Part shown: in pieces, positions 55,359 to 64,000 of the stretch | Position numbering within the stretch: position 1 is the first letter of the stretch | Layout: each line of letters opens with the position of its first letter | Assembly: GCA_963730905.1 (NCBI GenBank) | Contig: CAVSTN010000015.1 | Location: forward strand, 13,877-77,876 | DNA: 64,000 nt | Reading direction: 5' to 3' | Source of the DNA: an uncultured Nitrospiraceae bacterium | GTDB taxonomy: Bacteria > Nitrospirota > Nitrospiria > Nitrospirales > UBA8639 | Position numbers and translations under genes: made by a program | The notes under the pieces: model-generated | Databases searched by the model: none | The model's input: the letters and a program-made list of their open reading frames with translations, nothing else | Told to the model about the DNA's origin: nothing

Positions 55359-55955
55359 CTAATCCTGTCCACCGGGAGTTTGGACGTACGTTTTGGCGTA
55401 AGGCTAGAAGAGTTCTTTGGGGCCCTGCTGCCACGCCTCTTTGGGTTCCGGCCTTGTAATGTCCCAATCCGGCCGGCATTTCTTGGTAACGGCACGCAGG
55501 TCCTGGCGAAGCTCTTCCAGCGTCGGCCGGCCAAAGAACGAGTAGCCATAGTAAATCTTGTAAATGACAAGACCGGTCTCGAGCACAATCATGTGCGGAA
55601 TCATCGGATTGTGGCCAGGATCGGTGTACTCCGCGATGTCGAGATCTTTTTGGACCGTGCGCGTGGGATCGGAGAGGAAAGGCCAGTGGGCACCGACTCC
55701 GATGTGATAAACATTCGTCTCGGTGATGTTGCCGGTGCTGATTGTGACCAGCCGGCAATACCCAACCTCGAGTTCGCGATGAAGTTGAACAATACCTTCA
55801 TGCTGTCGGCGGTCCTTTAGACAGTAACCGCCGCGGCTGAGGACAAGAATCTTTGGATGTTGTCCTTGCAGTTCTGAGAGTTTCGGGTATTTCCCGGTGT
55901 GATCGAAAAGTTCGTCGTCAGGTAAAGTGCCGCCAGGCACGATGTCAGCTCGCAT
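55359..55955 (-). pseudogene. Redoxin/AhpC-TSA-like protein, premature TAG at 55404 (probably decaying)
   Basis: MRADIVPG..PD.EL.DHTG, SRGGYC.KD, WPFLSD, GRPT.EELRQDL; read-through gives F*PYAKTY... Confidence 0.65.
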
Positions 55956-56082
55956 AGTGCAAACCTCCACCGGTTGGATGCCCGCCGCCGGATTATGGCT
56001 CATCTTGTGAGCGGTCTCTACCACAATAAGGAGGCAAATGCGATTCCAGCACGAAACATTGATGCATATTACCTGATGCAAA

Positions 56083-57018
56083 TTAGCTTCCACGGGGGAT
56101 GAAGCCAGGAACACCAGTCTCTACGACTCTGTTGAATCGATAGCGCGTTTGAATCGCACTGATTTCATTTATCGCGCTTTCCGGAAGAAACGAAGCCTCA
56201 AAGCTTTCTCTCAGATGATTCACTTTCGTCGACGTTGTGAGAATCGCGGTGCCGCGTTGGACGCCCCAGGCGATGCAGACCTGGGCCGGGCTCATGCCCG
56301 CTCGGCTGGCTACATTTTGTATGACGGGATCGTCGAGCAGCTTCGGTTCGAAAGAGTGGCCTAGCGGCGCGAACGCAAGGAAGACGATGCCGGATTGTGT
56401 GCAGAACTCTAGCAGTTCCCATTGTGGAAGATACGGATGGGATTCCACCTGCACGACGGCAGGGCGGATTCTTGCTGACCCATCAACTTCCCTGAGCTGC
56501 TCGAGATTGACGTCGGCAAGGCCAATGGCTCGGCATTTTCCTTCTTCTACCAATTGTTCCAGAGCACCCCACGTGTCCGGCAGAGTTACCCCATGATCGT
56601 AGATGACTTCGCCCCGCTCATCCCGTGGGTCCTGTTCTGCGCCGGGCTGGAAAGCAAACGGGGTGTGAATCAGATACAGGTCAACATCGTCGACTCGAAG
56701 AGCCCTGAGACTTGCCTCGAAAGCGGGCTTGACGCGCTCCGGACGGTGGTTGTTGTTCCAGAGCTTCGTGCCGACAAAGATTTCCTCGCGCTTCAGGCCT
56801 CCTCTGCCGAGCATCACCCGAAACGCCTCTCCGACAGCCTCTTCGTTGCGATAACGCTCCGCGCAGTCGAATTGACGAAAGCCAATCTCCAAAGCCGCCT
56901 TGGTTGCCCGTACAGTGTCATCTAAATCCGGGATTAGTGTCCCAAAGCCAAGAGCAGGAATTTCTGCTCCATTCTTCATGGGTATTTTCGTGTCCGAGAG
57001 TTTTGCCAAGTTTTTCAT
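56083..57018 (-). CDS. Aldo/keto reductase
   Basis: GFGT, DCAERY.NE, TKLWN, DLYLIH, QVESHPY. Confidence 0.93.
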   Translation of the reverse strand: MKNLAKLSDTKIPMKNGAEIPALGFGTLIPDLDDTVRATKAALEIGFRQFDCAERYRNEEAVGEAFRVMLGRGGLKREEIFVGTKLWNNNHRPERVKPAFEASLRALRVDDVDLYLIHTPFAFQPGAEQDPRDERGEVIYDHGVTLPDTWGALEQLVEEGKCRAIGLADVNLEQLREVDGSARIRPAVVQVESHPYLPQWELLEFCTQSGIVFLAFAPLGHSFEPKLLDDPVIQNVASRAGMSPAQVCIAWGVQRGTAILTTSTKVNHLRESFEASFLPESAINEISAIQTRYRFNRVVETGVPGFIPRGS

Positions 57019-57062
57019 TTTTTCCGTCCAACAAAGATGTGGCTAGTTGAAATCACGGGATT

Positions 57063-58829
57063 CTAGATGTCGATTACGACATCATCCCGGGGCCGTGCGC
57101 AGCAAATCAATAGATTCCCGGCAGCCGGAGACTCAAGCGGTTCGGGATCATACTTTACCGACCCGGAAATCAACCCGCACTCGCAGGTATGGCAAACTCC
57201 GGTCCGACACGACCAGCGCACCGGGACGTCGCAGGCTTCGGCGAGCTCCAACAGGCTCTGGAACTTGGGATCCCAAGAGACCGTGAGGCCGGCGCGAGCA
57301 AATGAAATTCTTGGCCCTCCGCCGGACGACCCCTCAGGCACGTGTGGTAGCGGGCACGGGGCTTTCTTCACACCTGGTGTGACAGACTTTCCTGAACCGA
57401 AAATCTCCGTGTGGACGCGATCACGGACCACGCCCCAATCACCGAGTCCGGCAGTGAAATCCTCAAGGAAGGCGGGAGGGCCGCACAGATAAAAATCGGA
57501 TTCGCGGGATACGCCCAGCTTTTCGAGGACCGTCACGGTCAGCCGGCCAGCCGCATCGAAGTCGACGCTCAGACGGTCAGTCGAGTCCGGCCGGCTGTAC
57601 TGGACGTAGCTCCGGGCGTAAGGCAATTTTGCAAGCAGCTCGCGTGCTTCCTGGGCAAAGGGATGATCCCGGCGGTTGCGCGCTCCATGGATCCACCAGA
57701 TCGGGCGCGGCGATGCGTGTGCTGCAAGCGCGTGGAGCATGGCCATCACGGGAGTCACGCCCACCCCTGCGCTCAAGAGCACCACGGGAAGATCACCTTG
57801 CCGCAGGATGAAGGCGCCACGGGGCTCGCTGACATCCAGCACGTCGCCTGTACGAAGCTGTGTGCTCACGTAGGTGCTGGCGATTCCGTGCGGCTCCTCC
57901 TTAATGGTGATGCGGTAATGACCGGCGTCCGGCAGATCGGACAGCGAGTAGCTGCGCAAAACTGGAGGCGCGTTAGCTTGAGGACAGAGTCGCAACACCA
58001 CGAACTGCCCGGGGAGAGGAACGGTGAGAGGACGAGCGTCAACCGGCTCCAGCAGCAGGGAGACCACACCGTTGCTCTCGCGATCCATTCTGGCCACTAT
58101 GAGAGGCCGAAATCCGGGAGTAGCCGTGACCATCTGATCGGGAGACGCCAGCCCGGCATTCCCTATGCGCGAACCCGGCTGCGTCATCTGCCCCAAAAGA
58201 GCCTCAAAGGAAGACTTCCAGCCCGGGCTCAGCGCCGGGATGCGCAAAGCTCGCTCAAGTTCTTCTTTGGCGGGTGTGGGGAGATAGAGTAGCGCGTCGA
58301 CCGCGGCGACCGTGAGGCGTTCAGGACCCTCGGCAACTTTGACGATTTCATCGCCGGCGCCCACCTCGCCCTCTTCTAGAACGCGAAAATAGAACCCCGG
58401 GCGGTGATGGGCGACCAGCAAAGCCGCCATCCTGGGCTCATCCATTCGTATGCCAACGCGGTAGCATGTCACACGCGGCTGCGTAACCTCGAAGAGAGCG
58501 CCGCCGATGCGATAACGATCGCCGATGCAGACCTCGCTGTCGGCCAGACCTTCCACTGTGAAGTTTTCTCCAAATTGCCCGAATGTGAAATCGCCTCGCT
58601 TCAGTTCCCGCTGCCAATAGTGATAGGAATCCATCTGGTAGACAAACACCGCCCGGTATTCTCCACCGTGGCCGGCTAGATCACCTTGTGCGTCACCCTC
58701 GATGTTGAGCCGTCCAACCAGGCGCCGTCCCTGCACTGGCCCCTTCCACACGGACGTGTAAACAGTCTTCCCACGCCACGTAATCTCGCGGGGGTTACCC
58801 ACGTTGACGGACAATAACCGTGACAGCAT
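57063..58829 (-). CDS. MOSC / 3-alpha / FAD-NAD oxidoreductase / 2Fe-2S fusion protein
   Basis: FGENFT, QPRVTC, RSYSLS, AGVGVTP, YLCGP, CRTGVCHTC...C. Confidence 0.93.
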   Translation of the reverse strand: MLSRLLSVNVGNPREITWRGKTVYTSVWKGPVQGRRLVGRLNIEGDAQGDLAGHGGEYRAVFVYQMDSYHYWQRELKRGDFTFGQFGENFTVEGLADSEVCIGDRYRIGGALFEVTQPRVTCYRVGIRMDEPRMAALLVAHHRPGFYFRVLEEGEVGAGDEIVKVAEGPERLTVAAVDALLYLPTPAKEELERALRIPALSPGWKSSFEALLGQMTQPGSRIGNAGLASPDQMVTATPGFRPLIVARMDRESNGVVSLLLEPVDARPLTVPLPGQFVVLRLCPQANAPPVLRSYSLSDLPDAGHYRITIKEEPHGIASTYVSTQLRTGDVLDVSEPRGAFILRQGDLPVVLLSAGVGVTPVMAMLHALAAHASPRPIWWIHGARNRRDHPFAQEARELLAKLPYARSYVQYSRPDSTDRLSVDFDAAGRLTVTVLEKLGVSRESDFYLCGPPAFLEDFTAGLGDWGVVRDRVHTEIFGSGKSVTPGVKKAPCPLPHVPEGSSGGGPRISFARAGLTVSWDPKFQSLLELAEACDVPVRWSCRTGVCHTCECGLISGSVKYDPEPLESPAAGNLLICCARPRDDVVIDI

Positions 58830-58868
58830 GTGACCAATCCTCAGAAGAATTCCTCGTCGCCCGTTGGA

Positions 58869-59345
58869 TCAGGGCTGCACTTCCAAGATCACTTCCAGTT
58901 CGACCGGGGTGCCCAGCGGGAGACTTGCGACGCCATACACCAAGCGGCAAGGGTTCTTGTCTTTTCCGAAGACGGCTTGCAGCAACTCCGAAGCGGCGTC
59001 GGCAACTTTCGGCTGATCGCGGACATCTCCAGAAGTGGCCACGGACACGCCGAGCCGGACGATCCGCGTCACTTTGTCGAGTGAACCCAAATGCTGCCTC
59101 GCAACAGCGAGAACATTGAGCGCCGCGAGGTGAGCCGCCTGGCGCCCCGCTTCCACATCGAGCTCAGCCCCGACGCGACCGATAAACTTCGCCCCGTGGC
59201 CTTCCGTGGGAAGCATCCCGGTCAGAAAAAGTAGATTGCCCGTCTGCACCGCTTCCACATAGGTACCAAACGGCGCCGGCGGCGCCGGAAGCTTGATGTC
59301 GAGCTTATCGAGACGGTCCTCGGCGGTGGCTGTGTTTCTGGTCAT
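58869..59345 (-). CDS. RidA/YjgF-family protein
   Basis: LPAPPAPFGTYV, VADAASELL..VFG, SLPLG.PVELE. Confidence 0.9.
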   Translation of the reverse strand: MTRNTATAEDRLDKLDIKLPAPPAPFGTYVEAVQTGNLLFLTGMLPTEGHGAKFIGRVGAELDVEAGRQAAHLAALNVLAVARQHLGSLDKVTRIVRLGVSVATSGDVRDQPKVADAASELLQAVFGKDKNPCRLVYGVASLPLGTPVELEVILEVQP

Positions 59346-59381
59346 GACAAAAGCTCCTTCCAATACGGCACGCCCGTCCTC

Positions 59382-60800
59382 TCATGTCGTTGACGTTTCC
59401 CGCCCCGGCCGCCAGCCGAAGAGGTTCTTGGCCTTGATGATTTCTGCGACGGCGGCCGGCACCATCTGCTCCCAGGAGACGTCGCCGCCCTGGATTCGGG
59501 CCAGAACGTCGGGCGTGCGAATCGACAGGTAAGACTCGTCGTAACCGCGAATCGGTTCTACACGACCGATCTCGAGCAGTAGTGCGCGCAGGTGGTGCCA
59601 GGGGGACGGAACAGGAGCCCGTTCCAGCGTCTGAATTTCACCGGTGACCAAATCGCGCGTGGGGTACACGTACATCTTCACGGAGCGCTTGAACAGCCGC
59701 CCGACCGACTCCAGAACGCCGCCGGGCAGATCGGTGAAGTACTTCTCGTCGGCCACTTGCCGGAAGGCGGGCTGCCCGACCGCCAGTCCGATCAGCCCGT
59801 CCGTGTAGCCGGCGAGGTACTCAATCAACTGGTAATACGGCCCGAACCGCGAGACGAGCACATCGAAGCCAAGAGCCCGTAGGACGTCCGTCCGGGCGAG
59901 GAAATCAGGGTGTCCAACGTCGGGTTCCGGAATGAGACTGCGCAAGGTCATTTCGGCCAAGACTACCGGGTGTTGCCCGTGCACGCTCGGCTCCTGAAGG
60001 AACTGCTCCCGCGCCCGGTTGAGCAGGTCGAGCGTGACTTTGGTGGCCGGACGGAAACTGCCCCGCACCACCAGGATCGGCTTTTTGTGAAGCACTTCCG
60101 ACGGCTGCACGACTTCACCGCTGGCCGTGAACATGGCCGCATCGGTCAAGGCGCGCTCCACAAGTTGCAAGCTCATGAGCCGGTTGTCGATGCCCGGAAA
60201 GGCCGTGCCGGAGAATTTGATCATGTCGATCTCGACTCGCTCGCGCGACAACTCGTCCAGGAGCGCAGCGATCAAGTCCGCCGGGTCCTTCCGCCGGTAG
60301 AAGGTACCGTGGATCAGGTTGACGCCGAGCACACCCAGCGCCTCCTGTTGACGCGCGGCCGTCGAGTCACGTAGGTGAGCATGGACGATCACCTCGGACG
60401 GCTCCTCGTGCGGTCGGGTCTGGAACCGGATGCCGAGCCAGCCGCGCCCGGGACCGGGATGTCGGTAGCCGCCCGTCGTTACCGTGTCGGCGAAAGCGAA
60501 GAAACATTTGGCGGCGCCGCGCATGGGTTCCAGACCGTTGCGTAACTTCACGAATTCGTATTCGAGCATGGCCTCCAGGCGCTGACGGCTGACGTAGCGC
60601 GTGTTCGAGCCGTAGAGCTCATCGCTGACCGCCATGTCGTAGGCCGAAATGGTTTTGGCCACCGTCCCGGCCGCACCGCCGGCCGAGAAGAACCACCGGA
60701 CCACTTCCTGGCCGGCACCGATCTCGGCGAAGGTTCCGTACGTCTTGGCGTCAAGGTTAAGTGTTAGTGCCTTCTGCCGGGTACCGGTCGCGTTTTCCAC
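59382..60800 (-). CDS. Nucleotidyltransferase-like protein (nicotinate-nucleotide adenylyltransferase-like conserved family)
   Basis: YGTFAEIGAGQEV, AKTISAYDM, RYVS, RGSFRP.T. Confidence 0.75.
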   Translation of the reverse strand: MENATGTRQKALTLNLDAKTYGTFAEIGAGQEVVRWFFSAGGAAGTVAKTISAYDMAVSDELYGSNTRYVSRQRLEAMLEYEFVKLRNGLEPMRGAAKCFFAFADTVTTGGYRHPGPGRGWLGIRFQTRPHEEPSEVIVHAHLRDSTAARQQEALGVLGVNLIHGTFYRRKDPADLIAALLDELSRERVEIDMIKFSGTAFPGIDNRLMSLQLVERALTDAAMFTASGEVVQPSEVLHKKPILVVRGSFRPATKVTLDLLNRAREQFLQEPSVHGQHPVVLAEMTLRSLIPEPDVGHPDFLARTDVLRALGFDVLVSRFGPYYQLIEYLAGYTDGLIGLAVGQPAFRQVADEKYFTDLPGGVLESVGRLFKRSVKMYVYPTRDLVTGEIQTLERAPVPSPWHHLRALLLEIGRVEPIRGYDESYLSIRTPDVLARIQGGDVSWEQMVPAAVAEIIKAKNLFGWRPGRETSTT

Positions 60801-60842
60801 GGGCTATCTCCTTCGACAGGCAAAGTGGACCCTGAGCTGATG

Positions 60843-60910
60843 GTCATGACGAAAGCTCCCTTCAAACTACCAACGTCCGAAATGAGACCCCCCCATCGAC
60901 GTACAGGAAG
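60843..60910 (-). pseudogene. Orphan SDR 3' tail with its downstream RBS/start
   Basis: FLYVDGGSHFGRW* followed by TTTGAAGGGAGCTTTCGTCATGAC; matches 63306..63372 (ILYVDGGAHFGHW* TTGAAAGGAGCTTTCATCATGAC). Confidence 0.8.
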
Positions 60911-60979
60911 TCACAATACAGTGTCCACAAGCATCCAGGGACCGTCGGCGGCTTCAGGACCCCGACCCGTCCATTGCTT

Positions 60980-62551
60980 CTACTTTTTCTTGAAGGCCAT
61001 AACAATAGAAGCTCCAATCAGTAAGGCTGACGCAATGCCGGCCACGGTCCGCAGGCGGCTGGCGCCCATGACCAGACGTTGGAGTTCATCGAACTGGCTC
61101 AGTTCTATGCGAATTTTCAGCTGACCCGTCTTAGCCGTCGAGATTCCGCGGCGTATCTCCTTGGGCAGGTCAGCGAATAACTCCAGATATTGCGTGAGAA
61201 TTTTCAGCCCGCGTTTCCCCAAGGCTTCCGGAGATAACTGGTCGATGACAGCCTCAGCGAGGATGGGTTGTATCGTGTCCATGATGTCAAAGCCCGGGTC
61301 GAGCTTCTTGAATGCCCCTTCCAAAGAGACAAACACTTTGAGCAGCATGGCTTGATCCGGGGGCATCGTGAGCTTGTTGTCTCGGACCAAACTTAACAAG
61401 TCCCCAACCATGGCCGACAAATCCATGAGGCCCATCGGCTTCCCGGCATACTTACTGAGAAATTCCTCAACGGCTCCTGACAGTTCGCCCGGGTCGTCTC
61501 CTTCTCTGTCAGACCATTCCAATAGAATCGCGCAGAGGCCTTCGGCGTCGTTTTGCAGCAACGCTTGCAGGAGTTTCGTAATCTGTTGCCGTCTGAGTTC
61601 AGAGACGCGTCCGATCATGCCAAAGTCGATGAACGCAATGCGTTCACCAGACAATATGACAAAATTCCCGGGGTGCGGATCGGCATGGAATAGCCCATCC
61701 ATTATGATCATTTTGAGCACCGCACTGGCCCCGGTTTGGGCAATGCGTTTGCGGTCCATTCCGGCCGCATCGATGGCCCGAATGTCCACTCCGGGAATTC
61801 CATCCACAAATTCCTGGACGTTAATCCGTTGCCTCGTCCATTCCCAATAGATTTTGGGAATGACGATGTGCTCATGGCCTTCAAAATTGGCCGCGACCTG
61901 TTCGGCATTGTGTCCTTCCGTCATGAAGTTAAGCTCGTTCTGGAGCGATTTCACGAATTGCTGTACGACATTTTGCGGGTGATAGGCGGCCAGCTCAGGA
62001 TAATTTTTTTCGGCCAATGAGGCAAGATAGGCTAGCAGTCGCATATCGGATTCAATTTTCGGCCGGATCCCGGGGCGTTGAATCTTGAGCACGACTTTGG
62101 TCCCGTCTTTCAAGGTTGCCCGGTGAACCTGAGCCACAGAAGCGGCTGCGAGTGGTGTGGTTTCGACCTCTTCGAATATCTCTATTAGCGATGCTCCCAA
62201 ATCTTCCTCGATCTGAGGACGAAGCTCTTCGAAGTCCAGCGGGGGCGCTTGCGATTGGAGCTTTTCGAATTCAGCGATCCACCCCGGTCCGAACAGGTCA
62301 GGGCGCGTCGCAAGAATTTGGCCAAGCTTCACAAAGGTCGGCCCGAGGTTTTCTAGAATCCAGCGTACACGCTGGGGATGGTCAAGATGTGCAATCTCAT
62401 CTGCATGCTTCCAACCCAGGATCTTGCCGGTGCGTTCAGCCGCGCCCTCAAGACCCATATGTTTGAAAATGTCCCCGAAGCCGGCGATGGTGAAAATCCG
62501 GATGATTTCGTGCAGTCGATTCAAGTCGGCAATTTTGGACTGGAATGCCAT
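60980..62551 (-). CDS. ABC1/UbiB/AarF-family atypical kinase
   Basis: LGPTFVKLGQ, AAASVAQVH, KIQRP, HADPHPGN, IDFG. Confidence 0.93.
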   Translation of the reverse strand: MAFQSKIADLNRLHEIIRIFTIAGFGDIFKHMGLEGAAERTGKILGWKHADEIAHLDHPQRVRWILENLGPTFVKLGQILATRPDLFGPGWIAEFEKLQSQAPPLDFEELRPQIEEDLGASLIEIFEEVETTPLAAASVAQVHRATLKDGTKVVLKIQRPGIRPKIESDMRLLAYLASLAEKNYPELAAYHPQNVVQQFVKSLQNELNFMTEGHNAEQVAANFEGHEHIVIPKIYWEWTRQRINVQEFVDGIPGVDIRAIDAAGMDRKRIAQTGASAVLKMIIMDGLFHADPHPGNFVILSGERIAFIDFGMIGRVSELRRQQITKLLQALLQNDAEGLCAILLEWSDREGDDPGELSGAVEEFLSKYAGKPMGLMDLSAMVGDLLSLVRDNKLTMPPDQAMLLKVFVSLEGAFKKLDPGFDIMDTIQPILAEAVIDQLSPEALGKRGLKILTQYLELFADLPKEIRRGISTAKTGQLKIRIELSQFDELQRLVMGASRLRTVAGIASALLIGASIVMAFKKK

Positions 62552-62790
62552 CGTCTACCTCTGAGATTTCACACGCTTGTCCTTCCGCTCGACCAGAGAG
62601 GATCATGAAGGGCACGGGCGGATGTTGTACTCGTCATTTGTCCACCGTTTCAAGTCTGTTCTGCGTTGGTAATATCGGCTGCGACCTATTTCTAGACTCA
62701 TTTTCGCTGATGTTATTATCCCTACAGCGAAGTGTCCTCGTCCACGCTGGGCGTTGTGCTGCGGTGGGTCCCTGCATCACGGAGCCTCTC

Positions 62791-62868
62791 TTATTCCGCC
62801 ACCTCGAAAAGGATTTCCAACTCGACAGCTCCAGGTTAATTACCAGCGGCCGAAATGAGCACCGCCAT
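62791..62868 (-). pseudogene. Collapsed SDR-tail + RidA-tail remnant
   Basis: GGAHFGRW* (62840-62868) immediately followed by AVELEILFEVAE* (62791-62835), compare RidA PVELEVILEVQP*. Confidence 0.7.
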
Positions 62869-62890
62869 AGCCGTCCGGCGGATTGGTTGC

Positions 62891-63310
62891 CTACGGCTTC
62901 TCCCCGATGATCGCCTTTACGGCCAAGGCGGTGATGATCCCGAACGGCAGATTCACCAGCAGCAGGTAAATCGTGAACATCGGCCCACCCTGCCGCAGCC
63001 CGAAATATCCCGCCCCGCTCATCGGCAGAAAAATCAGAAACAGCGCCAGCACCGGCGCGAGGAAGTAGAGAAGGCCGAAAAGGTACAGATGCGTCCAGGC
63101 AGCCTCTAACAAGAGCCCGAACGGAATCCCCCACAGCCCGCCCCAGAAGAGCGGCCGGTATATATCCGGCGATTTGAATGAGATCGGCGCTTTTACCCCG
63201 AGTTTCTCGCTAAGCCCTAACGCGAGCAGGACGTAGCTGAAGAGGATCACGGCCAGTGCGCCTAGAACCCCCGCCGCGAAGCAGATTGCCACCCGCTGTA
63301 TTCCAGTCAT
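62891..63310 (-). CDS. Small multi-pass membrane protein, unknown function
   Basis: Hydrophobic ORF, YRPLFWGGLWG motif, AAGGAG RBS. Confidence 0.75.
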   Translation of the reverse strand: MTGIQRVAICFAAGVLGALAVILFSYVLLALGLSEKLGVKAPISFKSPDIYRPLFWGGLWGIPFGLLLEAAWTHLYLFGLLYFLAPVLALFLIFLPMSGAGYFGLRQGGPMFTIYLLLVNLPFGIITALAVKAIIGEKP

Positions 63311-63328
63311 GATGAAAGCTCCTTTCAA

Positions 63329-64000
63329 TTACCAGTGGCCGAAATGGGCGCCGCCATCAACGTACAAAATATGACCAGTGACCGTCGCGGCGTCGGTCAG
63401 GTACATGACCGCGTTCGTGATGTCCTTGACCGTCGAAGGCCGACCCATCGGCGACAGGCTCTCCATCACGTCCTTCGGAGTGTCCCGGTGAAGCGGCGTA
63501 TAGACGACGCCCGGCGCGACAGCGTTTACGCGGATGCCATCTTTCGCGTACTCCATCGCAAGGTGCTGGGTGATCGTTTCAAGACCCCCTTTGGTGATCA
63601 TCGGCACCGCCGCCGTGACGCCCCGGATCGGGTTACGAGCAAGGGCCGCCGTGATCGTGACGATGCTCCCGCCGGTCTTCTGCGTTAACATTTGCTTGAT
63701 GGAGAGTTGGGTGACGTACAGGAAGCCCTCGAGGTTCGTCGAGACGAGCGAATTGAAGTCCTCGACCGTGTAGTCGGTGAACGGCTTGGTGAAGAAAATG
63801 CCGGCGTTATTGACCAGTGCGTCGATTGACTTGAAACGAGACAGCGCCGTCTCGACGATCTTGGCGGCAGTTGCCGGCTCGCCGATGTGGCCGTCCACCA
63901 GAGCGACGTGGTTGGAAGCCGCGACCTCGGTGGATTGGGTCACCTTCCGGGAATTGGCCACGACGTTGAAACCCCCTTCGACAAACCCTTTCACGATTCC
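63329..64000 (-). CDS. Short-chain dehydrogenase/reductase (5' end outside window)
   Basis: LVNNAGIF, VNAVAPG, GHILYVDGG. Confidence 0.9.
   Translation of the reverse strand, partial: GIVKGFVEGGFNVVANSRKVTQSTEVAASNHVALVDGHIGEPATAAKIVETALSRFKSIDALVNNAGIFFTKPFTDYTVEDFNSLVSTNLEGFLYVTQLSIKQMLTQKTGGSIVTITAALARNPIRGVTAAVPMITKGGLETITQHLAMEYAKDGIRVNAVAPGVVYTPLHRDTPKDVMESLSPMGRPSTVKDITNAVMYLTDAATVTGHILYVDGGAHFGHW

Noticed and set aside
54933-55820. 295-aa plus-strand ORF
   Set aside because: Antisense to the redoxin and membrane-protein pseudogenes.
56005-56070. Possible decayed duplicate of the AKR tail (IVVETA versus RVVETG)
   Set aside because: Similarity too short to separate from chance.
62730-62780. 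MQGPTAAQRPAW, reminiscent of a glucose-6-phosphate isomerase N-terminus
   Set aside because: Only a few matching residues; not assignable without a search.
62634-63134. 166-aa minus-strand ORF
   Set aside because: Alternative frame overlapping the membrane protein gene and tail remnants.
1-64000. CRISPR array, rRNA or tRNA genes
   Set aside because: No regularly spaced repeats or recognisable RNA gene signatures seen by eye.

Overview
Bacterial chromosomal window, probably Nitrospirota/Nitrospirales-like (inferred from gene content only). Left: kaiB-kaiC without kaiA, a TPR protein, an outer-membrane barrel and a large PAS/GAF HisKA_3 hybrid kinase. Middle (8.7-39.5 kb): a Wzx/Wzy-type exopolysaccharide locus with an ExeA-LysM ATPase, BY-kinase-like protein, co-polymerase, many glycosyl-, methyl- and acyltransferases, perosamine synthase, gmd/fcl and a priming transferase, with an AT-rich core. 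Right: a DUF4258/DUF2283 toxin-antitoxin-like pair, wecB, an RND pump at the end of a sigma-54-type doxX/SDR/SnoaL/STAS/pirin operon, a dead IS200 tnpA, and a GC-rich redox island (c-type cytochrome, redoxin, AKR, MOSC-FNR-2Fe2S, RidA, NadD-like, ABC1 kinase, SDR). Ten genes in the first 38 kb carry single-base frameshifts that look like long-read assembly errors. The most unusual signal is stacked, diverged copies of gene 3' tails: SDR/RidA tails separate successive cargo genes, and nested OMF/wecB tails enclose the TA pair. This suggests repeated integrase-free gene capture at gene ends. Also notable are two attC-like sites flanking the EPS acyltransferase and a rod-like structured element inside the EPS operon.
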